From Schizochytrium sp. TIO01 (lineage: Eukaryota > Protista > Bigyra: Labyrinthulomycetes), in NCBI GenBank assembly GCA_004764695.1, contig SMSO01000034.1, positions 3,286,001 to 3,350,000 of the forward strand: a DNA stretch of 64,000 nucleotides, read 5' to 3'. Positions 21,213 through 29,591 of the stretch are shown here, in pieces (within the stretch, counting starts at the first letter, position 1; the number at the start of each line of letters is the position of its first letter). The notes under the pieces are model-generated. The model ran no database searches. It was not told where the DNA came from and saw nothing but the letters and a program-made list of their open reading frames with translations. Made by a program: the position numbers and the translations under genes.

Positions 21213-24114
21213 AGAGGAAACAATTTCATGCGCAGAGCTCATCGCTCCCGGGGTGCATGGGTCTAAATCCGGTCACTACCTTTATGCAGGAACTACCACC
21301 GGACGCGTCATCGTTCTTGATCTCAAGGCTACGATCCTATCACTAAAAATTGCCCAAATTTCCCATACACAGCAAGCCTCGCAGAGGGAAAACTATAATC
21401 CATACAGGAAACTCCAGCGAGTTATGGAGAATCAAAATGCAACGCACCCAGCAAATATTATGTTACAGCCAAACATCAAACCTCCTCGTAAAATTGCGAC
21501 TTGGTTGAGCCATGAGCGTGGTGTATCTTCTCTGCAAGTGTTGCAGGATCCAGATTCAGTTCTCACATGTGGAGGAGATAAGGCCATTCGTTTGTGGTCA
21601 CGGGCTGGTCACGAGCTGGGTTGCCTTGATGCAAATGAACGCAAAGCCTTACAGGTGGCACGCGTTGTTAAAATATGGAACTTCCCAATAGACATGGAAT
21701 CTCGACGCAAAAGAGAGTTAGCAGATGCGCAGAAGCTCGTGAACAAAATTCTCAAGGATATTGACCCGAACGAACCAATACTACAGCTTCATGGGTTTAA
21801 AAATGATCAACCACAACAAAGTTTTAAGGGCGCTGAGCGCCGCAGGTTTACAACAATTCTCACCCAAAAAGAAGAAAGTGAGCAAATCATCGCTCTGCAA
21901 GAGAAGAAGGCCATGGAGAAACGTCAAAGGGAACGTCAAGCACGTGCAGCGCTGGCTCGGCAACTCAACGCAGCCAACTCTACAGAAAAGTTACACAACC
22001 ACCCCGAAACAGAAAGTGAACCTTTGAATGTGCTTGATGCAGTTGTGGAAGGAGATGACGATGGAATGACTGTAGCGGAAAGAGAACGAAAGAGGGTTCT
22101 AGGCCAACTTGAAGGAAAACGTACCTGGAAGAAGACACAACAAGAAATTGCTCAAGAAGCTGCCGAAGCTCAAGCCCAGGAGCGAGAGCGAAAGCTCAAA
22201 ACATTCTCTCGTAAAATGAGTATTAGGAGAAAAAACTTAGGCAAAAGCAAGAAAAGGAAGGGGCAGGGCAAGAAGAAGAAAAAGAATGACCAGCAAAAAC
22301 ATCAAGAAGGTGATGCCCAAAAGCCAGGAGCTGGAAAGGAAAAGACCAGCTCAAAACAGAAAAATGATGCACATTCAAATCAGGATAGCCAACTTCAAAA
22401 CGGTGCTGTGGGACCATTGGACCCTACTGCAAATTCTGCAGGTCAACTTGGCAAATTACACCTTTACGACAACCTTCGTGCAGAACTTGAGAGGCTTGAA
22501 ACGAAAGATAAAGGTGGTGGTCGTGGATTAGGTGGCGCACATTCTAAGCGAAAAGGCGAGCTTGACCTTGAGCCACCAACGTTAGTTAAAAAACACATAG
22601 AGGAACTCAATTTTGCAGCCAAGGTCTCTAAACGGCATGCCATGTCTGCGCCTTTGTTGCGCGGTGTGGGTCAAGGTGCTCAACTAAGCTTGAACGAGGA
22701 TATGTTGCAGAAGACAGCTCAAGGCAGTGAACAAGAAGCACTCGGGCAATCCCGCGAAACGGGAGGCATCATGACAGGTTCAAGCTCAAAGCCTGAAACG
22801 ACATTAAAGAACTCCTTAGCAGACAGCATTCTTGATGAAAGAGAGGATCAAGAGGAAATTTGGGGCGTTGGACATGGGTCGACAAAGGGATTTGCTCTAG
22901 AAGGACTGTCTTGGCGATATGTAGCGAATAAGGTTAAATCCGAGCTTCAGAGCACCTTTGGAACGCCCACTTGTAACGTAACAAAGCAGAAAAATGTACT
23001 AGATATTGAGAATGAACTTGGCCAGAAATCGATTAAGCTGAGACACAGATCCTCGTTGTCATCTCTCGAGAGTAAGTCAAGCCGTCTCTCACGCTTAAGC
23101 AACCGATTATCACGGATATCCCCATCGGATCAAGACGCTGTAATAGGGTTGTACAATGGGAATAAATCGGATGGTCGTATTGATATGGCTCGCAAGAAGC
23201 GCGAGGAAGAGGCTGCAGCACGTCTCGAACAAGCCCGGTCTCGGCTTGAGGAGAGAAAGTCAAGCATTATTCAGAGGATGCAACAGGAGCGCCAGCAACG
23301 AATGACCATGCAAGAAAAGCGCGAAACGCAGTACGTTCAGCAACGTGCCAAAGAACTTAAAGCCAGTGTTAAACGAGCCTTAGAACCTACTAAGGAGCAG
23401 CTCCGGAGAATTCGCCAAGCACGATACCTTGGTCCGTTTCTCAAACAAGATGTTTCTCACATCCGTGAGCTCTTTCGGAGTTTGGATGGTGATAACAATG
23501 GTGCAATTGATCTCCGCGAATTTCAACATGAGGTAAAGCGCACGTCAAGTGATTCTGGAAACTTCAGATCTCTTCTGGATCAATCGGTCTCTATGTTTCG
23601 ATCAATTGATCAGGATCGAAGTGGATCTATTCAGATTGATGAACTTGCCCGTGTATTGTTCAATAAAGCTACTGCCAAGGAAATGGATGACATTCTTGTG
23701 TTTCTTCATTTACCACCCCCTCGAAAGCGTGGTCAGCTTGCAATAAATGGCCATTCGTCAATGATTTCTCGAGTGATTAGTGAAGAATGTAATGTTGATA
23801 ATGATGACAATGACGATGATGAAGGTGAAGTAGCTACAAGCGTTGCCAAATCAACTCGTAATACACGTGCCGAAATTAGAGCTCTTTTCGATCTGTATGA
23901 TACTAATCGTGACAATGAGCTCACAATTCACGAGTTGGAAGCTGCCATTCACGAGAATGGTTTATTATATTCAAGCAATGATCACCACCAAATGGATCGT
24001 GGTCTGGAGAGGTCAGACCTTGATGACTTTGTGGCTGCTCTTAACCTTGACGCCAACAAAACAGTTTCTTTCGAAGAATTTTATAGTTTCTTCATCGACA
24101 AATGGGAAGCATAA
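21205..24114 (+). CDS. C-terminal part of the same EF-hand/WD40 protein in the +1 frame: final WD repeats, coiled coil and four EF-hands
   Basis: WD repeat HERGVSSL...TCGGDKAIRLW, K/E-rich coiled coil, and EF-hand loops DGDNNGAIDLREF, DQDRSGSIQIDEL, DTNRDNELTIHEL and DANKTVSFEEF. Overlaps the upstream ORF end, so the start coordinate is approximate. Confidence 0.8.
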   Translation: MSEEETISCAELIAPGVHGSKSGHYLYAGTTTGRVIVLDLKATILSLKIAQISHTQQASQRENYNPYRKLQRVMENQNATHPANIMLQPNIKPPRKIATWLSHERGVSSLQVLQDPDSVLTCGGDKAIRLWSRAGHELGCLDANERKALQVARVVKIWNFPIDMESRRKRELADAQKLVNKILKDIDPNEPILQLHGFKNDQPQQSFKGAERRRFTTILTQKEESEQIIALQEKKAMEKRQRERQARAALARQLNAANSTEKLHNHPETESEPLNVLDAVVEGDDDGMTVAERERKRVLGQLEGKRTWKKTQQEIAQEAAEAQAQERERKLKTFSRKMSIRRKNLGKSKKRKGQGKKKKKNDQQKHQEGDAQKPGAGKEKTSSKQKNDAHSNQDSQLQNGAVGPLDPTANSAGQLGKLHLYDNLRAELERLETKDKGGGRGLGGAHSKRKGELDLEPPTLVKKHIEELNFAAKVSKRHAMSAPLLRGVGQGAQLSLNEDMLQKTAQGSEQEALGQSRETGGIMTGSSSKPETTLKNSLADSILDEREDQEEIWGVGHGSTKGFALEGLSWRYVANKVKSELQSTFGTPTCNVTKQKNVLDIENELGQKSIKLRHRSSLSSLESKSSRLSRLSNRLSRISPSDQDAVIGLYNGNKSDGRIDMARKKREEEAAARLEQARSRLEERKSSIIQRMQQERQQRMTMQEKRETQYVQQRAKELKASVKRALEPTKEQLRRIRQARYLGPFLKQDVSHIRELFRSLDGDNNGAIDLREFQHEVKRTSSDSGNFRSLLDQSVSMFRSIDQDRSGSIQIDELARVLFNKATAKEMDDILVFLHLPPPRKRGQLAINGHSSMISRVISEECNVDNDDNDDDEGEVATSVAKSTRNTRAEIRALFDLYDTNRDNELTIHELEAAIHENGLLYSSNDHHQMDRGLERSDLDDFVAALNLDANKTVSFEEFYSFFIDKWEA

Positions 24115-24531
24115 GAACTACAACATTCTTTAGTGCAATATACATAATGTAATTTACTTTTTGAGCGCAGCGTTGATATTTAAAGTGTTGTGAAAAGAAT
24201 ATGTCAAAATCGATTACCATAAAGAGCTAAAAGAAAAGAAAAGAAAGGGGTCAAAACCATGGTTGTCATCTTTGCTTCGAGCAAAAGAGTCATGAAATTC
24301 CACAAGAGTTTAACGATGAATGGATTGTTCGGATGAAAAGGGAAGAAGAAACTTTTACAAGTTGCAAGAGCATCTTCTTTGATGTTTCGTTGACGTGTGG
24401 TTTCTTGTTGTCAAAGTTAAAAAAAGAGGTGTAAAACTCGTTGCTGGTCCTAAAAAACAAGTACTAGTGCGCAACAATAGTAAACGACACTGTGAATTTC
24501 GATAGGCTACTTTGTAAAATAACACGAATTA

Positions 24532-27500
24532 TCAAGCGCGAACTCGCTTACCAGATCCAGAGGAACGAGCACTCGGTTCATCGTCATCGTCGTCCTCGTC
24601 ATCACCGTTAGAAGAACCTTGGGATCCTCGTGACTTCCGTTTTGGAACAGGAGTACCAATGATGCCAGTATCACGCGTACCTGTAGCACCAGTTTCGCTG
24701 GCAGCAATACTTTCAACAAAATCAAGTGCGTCTTCTCTCTCTAAAGGCACAATACTCGAGACCTTGTTTTGAAATTGGATACCAAAGCATTTGTCCGTCA
24801 CGCGAACTAATTCAGGCCGAAAAGTTGTCACAATGAACTGCGCTGTTTCAGCTTGACGCCGAATCATTGCAGCAACCGAAGCACGATGGTTTTGATCCAA
24901 TGCCTGATCAATTTCATCAAAGAGATAAAAGGGGGCAGGATCACAGCGTTGGATTGCGAAGATTAGCGTAAGGGCAACGAGAGCACGCTGACCACCAGAG
25001 AGCTGTCGCATGTGAAATTGCTGGCCGCCTGGGGTAAAAGCGACACGAGGGGAAATACCAATAAACTCGTCAACACTGTCAATCTTTGTTTCATCGCCAC
25101 CTTCGTCGTCAGAAAGGTCTCCGTCATCCATTTCTGCGCCTTGCTCCTTAGCGGCGATTCGGGCTTGCTTACGACGCTCCTTCTCTTCCGCAGCTGAGTT
25201 TCTTGTTACCATGACGAGTTCGCCCTTGCCAGTGGGCACGAGCTCGGTGAAGACCTCACGAAAGTGCTTGGCAACTCCTCGGAAGGTACGCATGATGTCC
25301 TCATCCTTTTGACGATCCAGGTGCTCAACAAGTTCCATAATGGACTGCTCACCACGATCAAGCTCTTCCTTGCGCTTCAACAGCATTTCGCGACGGTCAG
25401 AGAAACTGATAAATTGGTCAAGGGCCTTTTTGTTTACGTGACTGTACTTTTGCAATTCCTGATTGACATTCTTGATCTCGTTCATGAGCTCTTTCGTGGA
25501 ACGGAATTCTCCAAGGTTGTTCAACTCCTCGGAGGACAGAGAGCCGAGGTCCCGGATCTTCCGCGTGTTCTCTTCGCGCTTATCCATCTGTACACGCGAC
25601 TTTGTTACAACCTTTTCAATAAGCTCTTCTGCAGATCGAAGTTGTTCAGTAAGTTCAAGCTCCTGTTGTTTGAGGCCTTCAAGGTTGTTGCGCAGGTCAC
25701 GAACGCGGGTGCGAATCTTAGAGGTTTCTTTCTCCAGTTCAGCATGCTGTTCACGAGCCTGAGACAGGCGGTGCTCAGCACGGTCAAGATCATCTTTAAA
25801 AATTTGCTGTTGGCGAAGAACGTAGTCCATCTGATGAAGTTGGTGGCTCTGGCTTGGGGCTTCTTTAGCAGTCTCACCTGTTGCCATACCACCTTGATCA
25901 ACATCCATAGAATCTCCACCCCAGCCTTGGTTTCGACCCTGTTGCTGAGTGCCATAAGCACTTCCTTCGGTATATGCCATGGTAGGATCTTGTGATGGGT
26001 CGTCGAAATTAGGACCCCTGGCTTGACCCATAGCAACAAGAAGCTCTTCTCTCCGCTTTTTCAAATTTTGCTCGAGTTCTGCTTCAAGACGCGAAATCGT
26101 TGTTTGTGCTCTGGTAACCTGGTCCTTTGCTGCGCTAACCTGCTCTTGTGCGGAAGTTGCAGCAGCATGCCTTGCGTGGGCAAGCTCCTGCTGTTCTTGA
26201 GGACTCAAACGCGCCTCCATCGGCGTTGCCAGTTCCATCTCGAATGTGTGTCGCTGAGCTTGAAGGTCTTTCAAGCCTTGCTCACTTCTGGTGATAGAGC
26301 TCTCAATCGATTTGATGGTTTCCTGAGCAGAACGCAGCTGAGCCTCACGCTGGTGCAGATCTCCCCGTAATTGACCTGCGATGCTGCGTGAGTTTTGTTG
26401 ATCGTTTTGCATATCCACAATCTGACTAGAGAGATGGTTATAGCGCTGGTCAGCAGCATCAAGAGTAGCATCGCTTTCGTTTGTACCAGCCTCTCTTTCG
26501 AGTTCCTCAACATGCTTTCTCGCAGCACGAACCATTGCAACAGCACGTAGCTTGCTGTTTTTAGAGTCATAGAAGCCTCCTGTAAGAGCACCACGACGGT
26601 TAACTTCTTCGCCTTCAAGAGTTACACAATTTACACGAAGGGCCTTTCGTTGCGCAGCAGCGATCGAGGCTGTGCGACACAGCAACACTTTACCAAGAAC
26701 CGCACGGACAGCCTCCTTTACCTCGATGGGGTAGCGAACACGAGAAACAAGAGGAATGGCCTCTTGGTCAGGACTCTCTTGGTAACCAATGATGTCATGA
26801 TCCAAATCGTCTGTGTTTCCCTTGTTGCGACCTTGTGTTCTGCGCAACTCTTTAATTTGCGCAAGAGGCTTAAAAGTTACGCGGCCAGCACGGCGTCGTT
26901 GCAACTCCTCCATCAGACGTGCAGCAGTTTCATCATTATCAACAACCACATGTGTCAAGGATGTACCGGCAGAAACCTCGATGGCGGTTTCAAAGGCGTC
27001 GCTCACGGGCTCAATGAGCTCATACAAGGGTCCAAACACGTGCTTGCCCTTGATCAAACCAAGGTCAGCCGAGATACGCTCAACAGCAGCAATACCGTCG
27101 GCAACTGCAGGGGGCATGGACCGGCGAAGATTCGCCTCAGCAGCATGAAGCCTTTCCTGCTCTGCTTGCACCTGCCCCATAGCGCGTTGGCGCTTCAACC
27201 AGACCTGCCTGCGCTCTTCTGCAGCCATTTCCTGTTCCCGCATAAGGTTTCGGATATCATCGTCCGCAGCTTTGGCCATCGCTTCGCGCTCGTGAAGGTT
27301 GCTTCGCAGCTCCTGCACACGGGCTTCAAGGTCAGACTGTGCATGCTGGCGCTCAGAGAGTGCATGCCTCAACTGCTCAAGGCCACGCGACTTCTCTGAC
27401 ACTGCAGCATCGACGCTGCGGAGCTCATTGTGCAGCCACTGGTCACGATCCGCCTGAGTTGAAAACTGGTTTTTGCGGCCTTGTTTGGACTCGAGCTCAA

Positions 27501-28623
27501 AGATGCGACGATTGAGGTTACGTAGATGTGCTTCGGCGTTGTGCAGCTCGCCCTCGGCTTCCGAGAGCTGCGGGCGAGCAGTGAGCTCAAGTTCACCCTC
27601 TGTTTCGTTGATTTGACCATTAAGCCTCTCAAGCTCCTCTTCGTGAAGTTGGGCTTGGTCGCGGAGCAAACGTTCGCGCTCTACCATATCCTTGTACTTC
27701 AGCTCGCAAGCCGACTTATTCTTGACAAGAGCTGCACACTCCTCCTCTGTAAGTTTAGACTCCTGTTCGGCGCGACGCAACTGCTTTTCCAAAGCGCGAA
27801 CCTCAGTTTCTGCCGTCTCCGCTTCCTCCCGGACTGCCGCGAGGCGCTGGCTCGACTCGGCTGTTCGCTCAGCTTCTTTCTCGCGCTCCTGCTCAAGGAT
27901 CTCCAATTGTTGAGTGGCATTCTGAAGCTCCATGTCATGAAGCGTGTACTGAAGCGCACGCTTGCGTCTGTCAAGCGATCGAAACGCCTCAAGCTCCTCT
28001 TTCTCATCCTTCAGCTCGTCAAGACGCTCTTCGATGTAGTTCACAACGTCTTGGATCTTGTTGCGTTTATTTTTTGTGTCTGCGAGGATGCTCTCACTAT
28101 TTCGTCGGCGCTCCTCGTACACTGTGGTTCCTGCTACCTCTTTCAGCAGGCCGAGGCGTTGTTCATCTTTCATCAGGCATAGTGCGTTGACCTTACCTTG
28201 CTGCACGATATAGTAAGGATTTGACCTTGAAAATCCTGCACTCTCAAGAAGGTTTACGACATCGCTCTTTGTGACATGCTTGTGATTGAGGAAGTACTCG
28301 TCTTTCTTCAGGCCAGTTGTGCGTCGCAGACGAACTTCATCGCTGTCGAGTGGAAATCTTCTCTCGGTGTTATCGAAAACGACCTCCACATGTGCACTCA
28401 TCACGCTAGCTCCCGCGCCCTCATGAAGAAGCTCACTACGTTCCTTGTGACCTAGCTGACTGAAAGTCTTTTCGCCAAGTACGAACATGAGTGCCCGAAA
28501 TGAGTTACTCTTACCGGATCCATTGCGACCCACGATACAGTTAGACTTTGGTGAGAACTCCTCGACCAACGAGGCGTCTTTGTAGCTCTTGAAGCCAGAA
28601 ATTTCCAGTTGACGGATGTGCAT
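24532..28623 (-). CDS. SMC3: Cohesin subunit SMC3, 1363 aa
   Basis: N-terminus MHIRQLEISGFKSYKD, Walker A GRNGSGKSN, the SMC3 acetylation-site KK in GLKKDEYF, SRSNPYYIVQQGKV, hinge GRVTFKPL...GALTGGF, signature LSGGQ and Walker B/D-loop PFYLFDEIDQALD. Confidence 0.97.
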   Translation of the reverse strand: MHIRQLEISGFKSYKDASLVEEFSPKSNCIVGRNGSGKSNSFRALMFVLGEKTFSQLGHKERSELLHEGAGASVMSAHVEVVFDNTERRFPLDSDEVRLRRTTGLKKDEYFLNHKHVTKSDVVNLLESAGFSRSNPYYIVQQGKVNALCLMKDEQRLGLLKEVAGTTVYEERRRNSESILADTKNKRNKIQDVVNYIEERLDELKDEKEELEAFRSLDRRKRALQYTLHDMELQNATQQLEILEQEREKEAERTAESSQRLAAVREEAETAETEVRALEKQLRRAEQESKLTEEECAALVKNKSACELKYKDMVERERLLRDQAQLHEEELERLNGQINETEGELELTARPQLSEAEGELHNAEAHLRNLNRRIFELESKQGRKNQFSTQADRDQWLHNELRSVDAAVSEKSRGLEQLRHALSERQHAQSDLEARVQELRSNLHEREAMAKAADDDIRNLMREQEMAAEERRQVWLKRQRAMGQVQAEQERLHAAEANLRRSMPPAVADGIAAVERISADLGLIKGKHVFGPLYELIEPVSDAFETAIEVSAGTSLTHVVVDNDETAARLMEELQRRRAGRVTFKPLAQIKELRRTQGRNKGNTDDLDHDIIGYQESPDQEAIPLVSRVRYPIEVKEAVRAVLGKVLLCRTASIAAAQRKALRVNCVTLEGEEVNRRGALTGGFYDSKNSKLRAVAMVRAARKHVEELEREAGTNESDATLDAADQRYNHLSSQIVDMQNDQQNSRSIAGQLRGDLHQREAQLRSAQETIKSIESSITRSEQGLKDLQAQRHTFEMELATPMEARLSPQEQQELAHARHAAATSAQEQVSAAKDQVTRAQTTISRLEAELEQNLKKRREELLVAMGQARGPNFDDPSQDPTMAYTEGSAYGTQQQGRNQGWGGDSMDVDQGGMATGETAKEAPSQSHQLHQMDYVLRQQQIFKDDLDRAEHRLSQAREQHAELEKETSKIRTRVRDLRNNLEGLKQQELELTEQLRSAEELIEKVVTKSRVQMDKREENTRKIRDLGSLSSEELNNLGEFRSTKELMNEIKNVNQELQKYSHVNKKALDQFISFSDRREMLLKRKEELDRGEQSIMELVEHLDRQKDEDIMRTFRGVAKHFREVFTELVPTGKGELVMVTRNSAAEEKERRKQARIAAKEQGAEMDDGDLSDDEGGDETKIDSVDEFIGISPRVAFTPGGQQFHMRQLSGGQRALVALTLIFAIQRCDPAPFYLFDEIDQALDQNHRASVAAMIRRQAETAQFIVTTFRPELVRVTDKCFGIQFQNKVSSIVPLEREDALDFVESIAASETGATGTRDTGIIGTPVPKRKSRGSQGSSNGDDEDDDDDEPSARSSGSGKRVRA

Positions 28624-29591
28624 TTTTGCAATCCCCTCGAAAGACCTAGCCTCAGATGCAGCAAAGGCACTCCCAAACTAATAAGGTCAGAGGTGATGCC
28701 AACCAGGCTAGGATATAACACGCTTAGCAGATTTTTCCAAGGCTGGCGAGCTTGAGAAATCAAGTTAGCAAGCCAGCGGAACTTTTGTCCTGTACGCCCG
28801 AAAAGAGCAGCACCTCCAAGTAAAGGGCACTGCCTGGCGAGGATTTCTCGTGAGGCGCTTGTCTTTGTGTTAGAGCACTCAAGGCCAAGTCTCGCGGTCG
28901 TTGGTCTGATCTGTCAGCCCAATCAGCCCGACACGCTCGTGCCGCTGAGAAGCCAAAGCCGCTTTAGCGCCGCGCACGACGCCAAGGGCGTCCACGGGAC
29001 ACTCCTAGATGCGCTCGTGCCGCTCACTCGCGGCCTCGCGCTTGCAATGTCACTCTGCCGTCGCGACGGTGATCTCGGTGCTCTTCTTTGGACAGATATT
29101 CATTCACCTGTTTTAGCATCTATTTATAGCCAATTTAAAACCTATTGTAAAATAAGATTACTATGAATTATATCATTCATACCATACAGTATATCTAAAT
29201 AGTTAGGATAGGCAAAATACATGTGGAAACGTGGAATTTTACTTACAAGACCGGGTGTGATAAAAGTTTATATTAGTGCGAATATGTGGAGAAAGTTTAA
29301 AAAGGGGTACGTGTAAGGACCAGAGTGGAAATTTTACAAAGATTGCTAGGAGCAAATAAGACGCGCTGATGAGTTTGGTGAGTAGTTAGATGTGCGTTTA
29401 GTAGGGGATAAGGGTCTCGAGGAAAAGAGACGCTCTCAATTTAAGTTTTGAAGCAGGGACGAGTTTAGAGCGTGGAGACGACAATTAATGTGGCCAAACT
29501 CGGAATCCAGGTATAGAACAGAAGGATAATTAATTTAAGTAAAGACTAGCTTCCCGAACATGCAATATGCAACAGCAATTTATTGATCTAC

